Positions 16,898-25,676 of a stretch of 64,000 nucleotides of DNA are shown piece after piece. Made by a program: the position numbers and the translations under genes. A model generated the notes under the pieces. It was not told the origin of the DNA. It saw only the letters and a list, made by a program, of their open reading frames with translations, and ran no database searches. This DNA comes from a virus: the IMG/VR virus record IMGVR_UViG_3300022927_001696, positions 1 to 64,000 of that record; one strand, given 5' to 3'. Numbering within the stretch: the stretch's first letter is position 1; each line of letters begins with the position of its first letter.

Positions 16898-17758
16898 TTA
16901 TTCTGGGTTTGATTCATTTTGTGCAGATTCTCTAATGGCTCTCATTTCTTCTTCGTGCCTTATTTGTCTGCCATAACTTGGTAAATGTCCAGAGTCTATT
17001 AAAATATCGTCTCTGATTGTTTGGTTCCTTTTTTCCATATTAAGAACTCTTGTAAAACTATTATTAACCGCCGCAGTATAGTATGCAAATGGATTATCTG
17101 ATTTTGCTTCGTTAAATTGCAATCCAATTTGTGCTAATTGAAGAATTGCTTGTCCTCGCATTTCGTCAACATAAGTATATCCACGCCAATTAGATCTATG
17201 ACTATATCTTTCAACTAGTTTTAAAAACATGATTCCTAATTTATTTGTTAGGGTTCCATGAGAAACACTAAAGTGCCCATTACTTAAACTGCCCTCCCAA
17301 TGGCTTCTAGCAACTTCTTTAAGTTCATCATTTATATAAGCATAATGTTTATATGCAGGGAAGTTTACTCTTTCTTTGGTTTCTGCTTCGTTTTTGGGAT
17401 TTTTCTTTCTGCCTGGGGCATCTGGAATATGATCATATGTCATAACCCTAAATACTAAATCCTCTAAGGGTATCTCTTTAGGGTCTACAGCAAATTCTTT
17501 TTGTTTGGGTTTATTTTTATAATCCTTAACATCATGTGTTGCCATTGCGGCCTGATACCCATCATATTGTATCCTAGCGGCCCTGTTTTCTCTGGCTAAT
17601 TTTATGCTGTTTCTATTGATTTTTTTGACATCTTCTAATATGATATCAAATATAGAATATTTTTCGTCTGCAAGATAGCAAAAAGACATCTTGCTTTTGT
17701 GTATTTCTTTTAATATATCTCTATTATTAAGATAATTAACTTTTTTAGGCTGTGCCAT
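16898..17758 (-). CDS. gp55: Late transcription sigma factor (gp55-like)
   Basis: NYLNN at the N-terminus, NWRGYTYVDEM, KSDNPFAYYT; upstream of gp47/gp46 as in T4-like phages. Confidence 0.85.
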   Translation of the reverse strand: MAQPKKVNYLNNRDILKEIHKSKMSFCYLADEKYSIFDIILEDVKKINRNSIKLARENRAARIQYDGYQAAMATHDVKDYKNKPKQKEFAVDPKEIPLEDLVFRVMTYDHIPDAPGRKKNPKNEAETKERVNFPAYKHYAYINDELKEVARSHWEGSLSNGHFSVSHGTLTNKLGIMFLKLVERYSHRSNWRGYTYVDEMRGQAILQLAQIGLQFNEAKSDNPFAYYTAAVNNSFTRVLNMEKRNQTIRDDILIDSGHLPSYGRQIRHEEEMRAIRESAQNESNPE

Positions 17759-17797
17759 TAACTCTCCTCAAAATTATCGTTCATTTATATTGTTAGT

Positions 17798-17825
17798 ATT
17801 ATACACAGTCTTTTGTGTATGTCAA
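17798..17825 (-). promoter_or_regulatory. Consensus sigma70 promoter TTGACA-N16-TATAAT for gp55, overlapped by the inverted repeat ATACACA-N6-TGTGTAT
   Basis: Perfect hexamers; inverted-repeat arms at 17801-17807 and 17814-17820. Confidence 0.75.
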
Positions 17826-17872
17826 TTAGTATTTAGTAAAACTGGCAGATTAAAACTAGTTTTAATGAATAC

Positions 17873-17880
17873 GATAAATA
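17873..17880 (+). promoter_or_regulatory. Putative late promoter GATAAATA for the baseplate operon
   Basis: Motif followed by SD GGAGA and the ATG at 17899. Confidence 0.6.
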
Positions 17881-17898
17881 TAAGCATGGAGATTTATA

Positions 17899-18771
17899 AT
17901 GTCATTTTTTGAAAAATCAGTAAATAACTATCTAACTAAAAAAGCAGGCAAGGCTGTAAGTAAGTTAGACCCTAGAGTACAAAGTGTTCTCAATGCATTT
18001 TTGCCTGGATTAGCAGGTGGTATTGAAAATTATTCAGATAATACATTTTTTCAGGCTCAGCAATTAAACTCACAAGAATTATCAGATCAAGTCATAAATG
18101 CAGGACTTGTTCAAAACAAGTCTGCTCAAGGCGGTAGTGTACCAAGGTCTGACTGGAGAGCTAGATTGAGACCTAAAGACGGTGGTGCAGATGTAATTTA
18201 CTCTGCTGATAATAATGGTCTATTAGAACCTTTAAGACGTGCTGGTGGCTTAGTTTGGCAAACAACACCAAACATCTTTATATCAGGTATCGTGGAATAT
18301 GCAGAGCAACTTTTACATGGTATGAACTATCCAATATATTCATATAGTGCAACAAGACCGCCTATATTACCTGTTACAGCAGACTTTTATGCAAATGACA
18401 TATATGATGCACAATATCTTTTGGCAGTATTTCATTTTTTAAGAACAGTTACAAAAAGTTATTTTGGTGACCAAACAGGACCAGATAAAAAAGGCACACC
18501 CCCACCGGTATTACTTTTTGAATACATGGGAGAGCATGGATTTAATAAAGTACCAGTAATTTTAAGAGACTACACAATACAGTTACCAGATGATGTTGAT
18601 TATATTCCTGTAAAAACAAAAGTAGCAGGTAAAGATCAAACCACATACATGCCAGTTAGAATGAATATCAGTATTAACTTGGTACCAGCATTAACACCTA
18701 AGAAAGTTAGAGAGAAATTTAATGTTGAATCATTTAGAAATGGTAAACTTTATAAGGACGGATTTATTTAA
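17899..18771 (+). CDS. Baseplate / tail-tube initiator-like protein (gp48/gp54-like)
   Basis: GTPPPVLLFEYMG...FNKVPVILRDYTIQLPDDVDY motif; sits just before gp53. Confidence 0.6.
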   Translation: MSFFEKSVNNYLTKKAGKAVSKLDPRVQSVLNAFLPGLAGGIENYSDNTFFQAQQLNSQELSDQVINAGLVQNKSAQGGSVPRSDWRARLRPKDGGADVIYSADNNGLLEPLRRAGGLVWQTTPNIFISGIVEYAEQLLHGMNYPIYSYSATRPPILPVTADFYANDIYDAQYLLAVFHFLRTVTKSYFGDQTGPDKKGTPPPVLLFEYMGEHGFNKVPVILRDYTIQLPDDVDYIPVKTKVAGKDQTTYMPVRMNISINLVPALTPKKVREKFNVESFRNGKLYKDGFI

Positions 18772-19073
18772 TGGCTACTTATACTAACGAATCATTTATT
18801 AAAAATTTTTCAGTCATGGAAGGAAAATTTTTGGATGTAAATAAGTTACCTACAATACAAGCATCACCTTATGATGAAGATTATGTAATACCTCAACAAT
18901 ATGATGAAAGGCCTGATCTTTTAGCATACCAATTATACGAAAGTTCTAGACTATGGTGGGTTTTTGCTATGAGAAATTTAGATGAAATACGTGACCCTAT
19001 ACGAGATTTCAAAGCAGGTAAAACAATCAAACTACCGGCAGAGAATATTGTATTAAGATTTAGAGGTAGATAA
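18771..19073 (+). CDS. gp53: Baseplate wedge subunit (gp53-like, LysM fold)
   Basis: ERPDLLAYQLYESSRLWWVFAMRN motif. Confidence 0.8.
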   Translation: MATYTNESFIKNFSVMEGKFLDVNKLPTIQASPYDEDYVIPQQYDERPDLLAYQLYESSRLWWVFAMRNLDEIRDPIRDFKAGKTIKLPAENIVLRFRGR

Positions 19074-22000
19074 TGTCCAATTACACACCTCCTAAATTTC
19101 AGCCATATGGATTAACCACAAACTTAATTAATTTAACCGAGATTGCACAAAAGGGCACAGTAGGTGACTTCACAAATTATTATGATCAAATTATACAAAA
19201 TGATAATAGAATAAAAGGCAATATAGGCAAAAGAAAGACTACTGCTGATGAACAAGCTCTGGGTAAGGGCGATGAGACTATAACATACGATGGAAATAAA
19301 CTGGACCTTGTAGGAAATGGTCTACTTACCACAGAAGAACGTGCAGAATTAGATAGACTATTTGAACAAAGAAAAGAAGGCCCGATTAGTAATATCGCTG
19401 ACGAAACACTTAAAAAATTAGGTCTTGACCCCACCGACGCAAGTAAGACCTTTAGGGATTCACTATACCTTGATCATCCTGTAGCCGGCAATATTTTAGA
19501 TAATTTTGATGTATCAACATACAAACTTAGATTATTCATGAAGAAGAAAGATGCCGCGGCAATCGAACAAAATAATTTAATAGAAAGACAAAAATCACAA
19601 CAAGAGCGAGAAAACGAATATGGCAGAGAGGAATTTGATGTAAAACGTACCACACCTGATCCCAGAGATATAGTAATTATTGCAGAAACTGGAAGTACGG
19701 ATATCAATATAGATAATCTCAGTATATTAAATTTCCCAGATAAAGCGGCTCAGGTTAAATTTACATTAACAGAAGCAGGCGCAGTAACATTATTAGACAG
19801 ACTTGCGGCAACAAAATCTTTTTGTGGATATGAAGCGACGGAGTTGCCTTTAATTTTAGAAATAGAATTCAAAGGATATGTAGGACAAGATGCGAACTCT
19901 AATGAAGACGGTGGTGGTTCACCTATTGTTATAAAAGGCCCTTTCTTTTTTCAACTAGGTGCTGTAACATATACTATGGAAATTACACCGGAAGGAGGTA
20001 TATATGATTTTACAGCAACACCAAATAATGACATAGCATTATTTGACCAAAACTACAGAATACCCAAACAATTAAAAATCACAGGTACAACATTAAGAAC
20101 ATTACTAAACGACGGTGATGGAAGTTTGCAATCAGTATGGAATGCAAAACTTAAAGAAAATGCAGAAAAGGATGGAACTGTAGCAGATGAAGTTATAATA
20201 AATGTAGATAATTTAATACAAAATTCTGCTAGTAGGACACCAACTATAGACGGTGTTCACAAAGAGGTTCAAGTTACAAGCGATGAATATGAAGGCGATG
20301 AACATTTATTACAAGACAAATTATTTCATAGTATAGCACTTAAAGAAGAATTTGCTCAAAGATTTCCAGGAGGAACATTTACTGTTGGAGGCGATGAAGA
20401 AGAAAATCAGCAAATTACAGATGACACAGGAGACGGACCATCATTAGAATTAGAGTCGAATCCAACCAGCGTTTTTTTAAATCCGGAGACCACAGGCGCT
20501 TTGGCTATTCCTCGTACACAAGGGGTAATAATTAATTTTCCTGAAAAAGAAAGTTTTGAAGATATTTTAGCAACAATTTTATCACTAAGTGAAGATCTAT
20601 TTAAAAAAGCAACCAGAATGACAGATCCAAATGATCCAAGAAGTAGTGTTGAATTAGATCAGGCTTTTATTAGTTGGTATAAAATTAATACAAAAGTAAT
20701 TATAGATTATAATAAACTTGATACAAAACGCAATGAATATAAAAGAATTTTTATATTTGAACCTGTGCTTACAAGAGAAAGCCGTACAGACGTAGGCGTT
20801 TCTATGAATGAACTTAATGCTGGTCAAAATTTACAATTGGAAAACGTTAAGAAACGAATTAATGATCTTAAAATATACAAAGAATATTATTATATGTTTA
20901 CAGGTAAAAACGATCAAGTTATAGATTTAAATTTACGTTTTGATGAGGCATTTGTTCTTACATCTCCTTATTACGGAGAGGGAAGTTTTGCAGATCAAGC
21001 CGCAATGGCTACAGCAACATCACTAACTGAGGACGAAGCCTCTGAAAATGTTCAAGATAAGGCTCCTGTTGTAGAAAAACAAAAGAAAGAATCTAAAAAG
21101 CAAGGTATATTAGCAGGTCTTACTGATTTAAAAAACAAATTTGATGAGCAAAGAAAAGGGTATGAATTTAGTAATATTTTAGGACAGTTTGGTGAATATG
21201 TTGGGTTCACTGATGCAGAAATTAAAGAAATTGAAAACGACATTAACGGCACAAAAGCTCAACAATTAGCAGAAAGTTTAGCAGATGAACAGATAAGTTC
21301 TGCATTAGCAAGTAACGAACTTGTTAAAAAAGTAACAGCACCTCAGGAGGGGTCTCCCACTGATGGTGACGAATTTGATGATGACCTTTCCTATAATGAC
21401 AAGGGGTATATAGACTTTTTGTATTCTTCTGAACTTATTAAAGGTTTAGAGGGTGACGGGTCTGATCAAGATGCTATACGAGATGAACAAATTGCTAAAA
21501 ATGTTGTATTAGCAAATGTTAGAAATAAAACTGCGGTTAAATCAGTAGAACCCGGCGATAAAACTACAAATGCTCCAGGAGAAAGGGGATCGTTTAGACC
21601 CAGTATGTTTTCTCATTTAATGGATGCTCACAGTAATAAAACAAAAAGTACATTAGAAATTAATATGACTGTTAGGGGAGATCCTTGGTGGATAGGAAAT
21701 AATAATTTATATGATGATGCAGTAGGAAGTATAAACGAAAACACTAGTATTAATGTCAAACCAGAAAAACATCTAACAACAAATTTATTTGGTATGTCTT
21801 ACGATGATTCAGACACAGATTTTTTACTTGTTTTAGAGAGTCCAAGAAAATTAGATTTTAATATAGACGATGAAGACCAAAATACAGGATTATATGATTT
21901 TTCTGGGATAAATTATACTATGAGTGGTGTTTATCAGTGTTTAAAAACAACCTTAAATTTCAGTAATGGATTATTTACATGCGACTTACATGCTAAGAAA

Positions 22001-22150
22001 AATAACGCATACGAAATGTCTATGTTAGAACAAATTAAACAGGAAATTAACACACAGTTTGAAGAAAGAAGAGGTGACGTGGCTCGTGAAGGTGTAATAG
22101 ATGAAGTACTTAATAGCAATATTGGTCCTGACGGTGTACCATTGTCATAG
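19073..22150 (+). CDS. Baseplate hub protein (gp27-like, enlarged)
   Basis: KEYYYMFTGKNDQV, MTVRGDPWW, SGVYQ...FSNGLF motifs; between gp53 and gp5. Confidence 0.6.
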   Translation: MSNYTPPKFQPYGLTTNLINLTEIAQKGTVGDFTNYYDQIIQNDNRIKGNIGKRKTTADEQALGKGDETITYDGNKLDLVGNGLLTTEERAELDRLFEQRKEGPISNIADETLKKLGLDPTDASKTFRDSLYLDHPVAGNILDNFDVSTYKLRLFMKKKDAAAIEQNNLIERQKSQQERENEYGREEFDVKRTTPDPRDIVIIAETGSTDINIDNLSILNFPDKAAQVKFTLTEAGAVTLLDRLAATKSFCGYEATELPLILEIEFKGYVGQDANSNEDGGGSPIVIKGPFFFQLGAVTYTMEITPEGGIYDFTATPNNDIALFDQNYRIPKQLKITGTTLRTLLNDGDGSLQSVWNAKLKENAEKDGTVADEVIINVDNLIQNSASRTPTIDGVHKEVQVTSDEYEGDEHLLQDKLFHSIALKEEFAQRFPGGTFTVGGDEEENQQITDDTGDGPSLELESNPTSVFLNPETTGALAIPRTQGVIINFPEKESFEDILATILSLSEDLFKKATRMTDPNDPRSSVELDQAFISWYKINTKVIIDYNKLDTKRNEYKRIFIFEPVLTRESRTDVGVSMNELNAGQNLQLENVKKRINDLKIYKEYYYMFTGKNDQVIDLNLRFDEAFVLTSPYYGEGSFADQAAMATATSLTEDEASENVQDKAPVVEKQKKESKKQGILAGLTDLKNKFDEQRKGYEFSNILGQFGEYVGFTDAEIKEIENDINGTKAQQLAESLADEQISSALASNELVKKVTAPQEGSPTDGDEFDDDLSYNDKGYIDFLYSSELIKGLEGDGSDQDAIRDEQIAKNVVLANVRNKTAVKSVEPGDKTTNAPGERGSFRPSMFSHLMDAHSNKTKSTLEINMTVRGDPWWIGNNNLYDDAVGSINENTSINVKPEKHLTTNLFGMSYDDSDTDFLLVLESPRKLDFNIDDEDQNTGLYDFSGINYTMSGVYQCLKTTLNFSNGLFTCDLHAKKNNAYEMSMLEQIKQEINTQFEERRGDVAREGVIDEVLNSNIGPDGVPLS

Positions 22151-22159
22151 AGATAATAG

Positions 22160-24355
22160 ATGGATAGTAGTAAACAGTCAACAAATAATCCGATTAATAG
22201 GAAACAACTAAGAACTAGTAAAAGAGCAGGCATTTATCTGGGCGAAGTAATGGCTACAACAGACATTACCAAAACAGGTACACTTACAGTATTCATCGCC
22301 TCCCTAGCAAAAAATAAAGAAGATAAAAACGGATACTTTGAATGTATTTGGAGCTCACCGTTTGCAGGTGGAACAAATTATGCGGCAATCCAGGTTAATG
22401 ATACGAAATCATTTATAGGCACACAAAAATCTTATGGTATGTGGATGGTACCGCCCGATAAAGGTAATATTGTACTTGTTGCTTTTGGTGACGGCAATAT
22501 GAAATATCCTTTCATTATTAGTTGTTTATACCCACATAGAGCAAATCACATGATACCAGGCATACCTGGTAGTGTCAGAAATTACGGTGCATTAGGGAAC
22601 AACTTACCTGTAGCAGAAAAAAATAAATTTGACCCCATGCCAGAAGATGGTACTGATATTTTAAGGCCAGTGCATGACGATTTAGCAGAAACAATCACAA
22701 AACAGGGTCTCATAAACGACACAATAAGAGGTGCATCATCTAGTGGTGCAAAAAGAGAATCACCAAGTGAAGTATTTGGTATTTTAACACCCGGTCCTAA
22801 AGACACCAAAAATGACGGTCATAGACACACTGGTCACCAGTTTATAATGGACGACAATCTTAACAGTAGAAATATAAGATTAAGAACGGGCGGTGGTAAT
22901 CAGTTATTATTAGACGATACAACTGGCACAGTTTATATCATTAACAAAAGCGGTAGAGCCTGGGTTGAATTGGGTGCAGACGGGTCTATAAATTTATACG
23001 GTGAAAGATCTTTTAATGTAAGAACTAAAGGAGATTTTAACCTACGTGCAGATAAAGATATAAAAATAGAGGCAGGTGGCGACGTAAAAATAAAAGCCGC
23101 AGGAGACACACTTGGGGATAAAAATGTTGGTATACCTAAAAAAGGAATACCTTTACCAGGTGGTCCTCTTGGATACGGCGGACATATAAGATTAGAAAGT
23201 GTAGGTGAATTTACAGCACATGCTGGTACAGGAACAAAACTCACATCCAAAGACGGCGACTTTGATATAAATGCGGCAGGCATGATTAGGCAGTCAGGGC
23301 TAAAATATGATTTAGATGTTGGAGTAGGAGGAATCTCTGTGGGCACACAGGGACAAATGTATATGAGCAGTCTTTTAGGTGCTACATTTAAAAGTGAAGT
23401 GGCGACAGCAGTACAAGGTCTCACAGTACTATTAAACAGTGGTCCTGGTGCGGCTCCTATTATTCCTGTAAAGGCACAGACAGCACCTGAATTAGAAGTA
23501 CAAACACATGTAGATCAACCTAAAGATCAACCAGAATATGACAGAGACAGCGAACAAAAATTACCTGAAAACGGTGAACGTCCAGGCGGCCCCACAGAAT
23601 TAGATTCTTTAGTTGGTGTCCTTGTAACTGCTGAACCTTGGGACGGACACGACATGCCAGACCTTATGACACATAGCAGTGAAGGTATGGTGGAAGATAC
23701 TGAAGCGGACATAGACCCTGCGACACAGCCGGTAGCAGATGCCAATTCTCCTGAAGGGTATAAACAGGCAATTGAAGCAAGTTTATTAACCATAGAAAAA
23801 AGCAAGGCGGCATCTAAGGCCAAGGATCTTGCTAAAGGTGTTTCAGGAATATCAGATAAACTTGGTGGTATAACAGATAAAATCAGTGGACTGGGAGACA
23901 AGTTTGGAGGCCCTCTTAAAGACAAATTAAGTAACTTTAATATACCTGGTATGAAATACTTACAAAGTCTGCAAGGATTTTCTAATTATAGTGATATGCT
24001 AACTAAATTATTACCGCCTTTGAGATTCCCTACAACTAATGCATTTGCACAAAAAATTATAGGACAATCTAAAATACTCACAGAATTAGAAGCAAGATTT
24101 TCAGCAATGGGATTTGGTTTTGATGGTCTTCCTTTGGAGTTTCAAGATTTAGAAAATATTGCAAGTGGGAAACTTAATGCATTATCAGAATTAAAAGGCA
24201 AAGTAGACGGGGCAATAGGAGGAGTTTTTGCTAAAGCAGGTCTTCCAGGCGGTGGTTTAAAAGATCTTAGTAATCTATCTAATACATTACAAAATGAAGT
24301 TTCTGTAGACACATTACAAAATATTGTTAAAGATGCTAAAAAAGGAATTGGATAA
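22160..24355 (+). CDS. gp5: Baseplate central spike (gp5 / VgrG-like)
   Basis: OB-fold SYGMWMVPPDKG...VLVAF, GHQFIMDD...IRLRTGGGNQLLLDD, beta-helix region, AEPWDGH. Confidence 0.8.
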   Translation: MDSSKQSTNNPINRKQLRTSKRAGIYLGEVMATTDITKTGTLTVFIASLAKNKEDKNGYFECIWSSPFAGGTNYAAIQVNDTKSFIGTQKSYGMWMVPPDKGNIVLVAFGDGNMKYPFIISCLYPHRANHMIPGIPGSVRNYGALGNNLPVAEKNKFDPMPEDGTDILRPVHDDLAETITKQGLINDTIRGASSSGAKRESPSEVFGILTPGPKDTKNDGHRHTGHQFIMDDNLNSRNIRLRTGGGNQLLLDDTTGTVYIINKSGRAWVELGADGSINLYGERSFNVRTKGDFNLRADKDIKIEAGGDVKIKAAGDTLGDKNVGIPKKGIPLPGGPLGYGGHIRLESVGEFTAHAGTGTKLTSKDGDFDINAAGMIRQSGLKYDLDVGVGGISVGTQGQMYMSSLLGATFKSEVATAVQGLTVLLNSGPGAAPIIPVKAQTAPELEVQTHVDQPKDQPEYDRDSEQKLPENGERPGGPTELDSLVGVLVTAEPWDGHDMPDLMTHSSEGMVEDTEADIDPATQPVADANSPEGYKQAIEASLLTIEKSKAASKAKDLAKGVSGISDKLGGITDKISGLGDKFGGPLKDKLSNFNIPGMKYLQSLQGFSNYSDMLTKLLPPLRFPTTNAFAQKIIGQSKILTELEARFSAMGFGFDGLPLEFQDLENIASGKLNALSELKGKVDGAIGGVFAKAGLPGGGLKDLSNLSNTLQNEVSVDTLQNIVKDAKKGIG

Positions 24356-25005
24356 TGGCAAGTAATACAAATATAAAATTATTTAAAGACATAGTTGAGG
24401 GACTTTTAAAAGAAGGCATAGAACCAATTATAGATGGCCCAAGTATTATTTTAGTAGACAAAAAAGGAACAAAACTTGTTGATTTTTCTAACGGTCTAGG
24501 CCCAGTTGGAACTAATATGACAATTATATCACAGGCAGAGGAGGCATCAGTTGCTGTGAAAAAATTAATCAAGGTCAAAATAAGTGATTTTCAATTCATT
24601 TCTCTAGTAAGTTTGGCAATGCATATAGGACCAAAGAATTTTGCAAAAAGCACAATAGTAAGAGAACTTAATAAAGAATTTTACGAAAGAATACCCGGCT
24701 TGATTCAAAGATGGAGGAAAGGCCCTATAAATGATAATACTCCACCGCAGTATAAAAAAGAATATGCTGATAGAAGAAGATTTGAAGCAGAATTATTCAC
24801 AACACCAGACTTTGTAAATTTTGATTATAAACCAAGTGAAGGCTCCAGTTTGACTTGGGCCCAATTAACAGCGAAATTAAAAAAATATAAAAAAGAAGCC
24901 TTAGCAGAATTAGAGGCTAAAAAATTCATTAATGATGACCCAGTGACTGGACAACCTGTAGAACCAGGCGATCTACCAGATAATCCGAATTACCCTATTT
25001 ACTAA
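24355..25005 (+). CDS. Lysozyme-like (GH24 C-terminal lobe) protein, apparently non-catalytic
   Basis: QFISLVSLAMHIG...STIVRELN...RW...RRRFEAELF; no E-x8-D-x5-T triad. Confidence 0.6.
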   Translation: MASNTNIKLFKDIVEGLLKEGIEPIIDGPSIILVDKKGTKLVDFSNGLGPVGTNMTIISQAEEASVAVKKLIKVKISDFQFISLVSLAMHIGPKNFAKSTIVRELNKEFYERIPGLIQRWRKGPINDNTPPQYKKEYADRRRFEAELFTTPDFVNFDYKPSEGSSLTWAQLTAKLKKYKKEALAELEAKKFINDDPVTGQPVEPGDLPDNPNYPIY

Positions 25006-25187
25006 GTTTTAATTAACTTTTTAAGATCAGCATTCTCAACAAGCAATCTATATTTTTGCTCTTGCTCTTCTGCTACTGCTTTTTCCAATAATTCAATATG
25101 AGCTCTTAGAGCGGCACATTCATTATTTTTATCAACAAGCATTACTCTTAGTTCTTCTTCTAGGGTGTTGTTTAATGATATTTCCAT
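25002..25187 (-). CDS. Small coiled-coil protein on the strand opposite the baseplate operon
   Basis: SD GAGGAG, heptad pattern, and its own sigma70-type promoter. Confidence 0.7.
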   Translation of the reverse strand: MEISLNNTLEEELRVMLVDKNNECAALRAHIELLEKAVAEEQEQKYRLLVENADLKKLIKT

Positions 25188-25230
25188 TTTCTCCTCACTT
25201 GTATTTAATTAAAAAATACAAATTAGACAC

Positions 25231-25259
25231 ATTATACAGTCTTTTTACCCAATAGTCAA
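25231..25259 (-). promoter_or_regulatory. sigma70-type promoter TTGACT-N17-TATAAT
   Basis: Seen directly; shares the spacer motif AAAAGACTG with the gp55 promoter. Confidence 0.7.
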
Positions 25260-25289
25260 TATCTTATTAAAACTATATTTAATTATTAT

Positions 25290-25297
25290 GATAAATA
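25290..25297 (+). promoter_or_regulatory. Putative late promoter GATAAATA, 5 nt before the gp25 ATG
   Basis: GATAAATA-CTTGT-ATG. Confidence 0.6.
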
Positions 25298-25302
25298 CTT
25301 GT

Positions 25303-25674
25303 ATGGCAATGTTTAAAGGATTTAGTACAATAGATAAGGCAAGAGCGCCTTATACTCTTATAGATAAAGAACTTGTAAAAAGAGATCTTTTAAACCATTT
25401 TCATACACGCAAGGGCGAAAGATTAATGAGACCACAATTTGGGTCTATTATTTGGGATCTATTAATGAACCCAGAAGATGATCTTACAGAAGATTTAGTA
25501 AAAGAAGATATAGAACGAATTATAGATACAGACCCCAGAGTAGATTTAATAGATACCAGTATTTTTATTTTAGATCACACAATTAGAGCAGAGGTAACTT
25601 TGACCTATAGGGGAATAAACGATGAAGATATATTGTATTTAGAATTCGTAAACAAAGTATTAGACGAACAATAA
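25303..25674 (+). CDS. gp25: Baseplate wedge subunit gp25
   Basis: TRKGERLMRPQFGS, DPRV motifs; start moved to 25303 because the track start overlaps the promoter motif. Confidence 0.88.
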   Translation: MAMFKGFSTIDKARAPYTLIDKELVKRDLLNHFHTRKGERLMRPQFGSIIWDLLMNPEDDLTEDLVKEDIERIIDTDPRVDLIDTSIFILDHTIRAEVTLTYRGINDEDILYLEFVNKVLDEQ

Positions 25675-25676
25675 AA

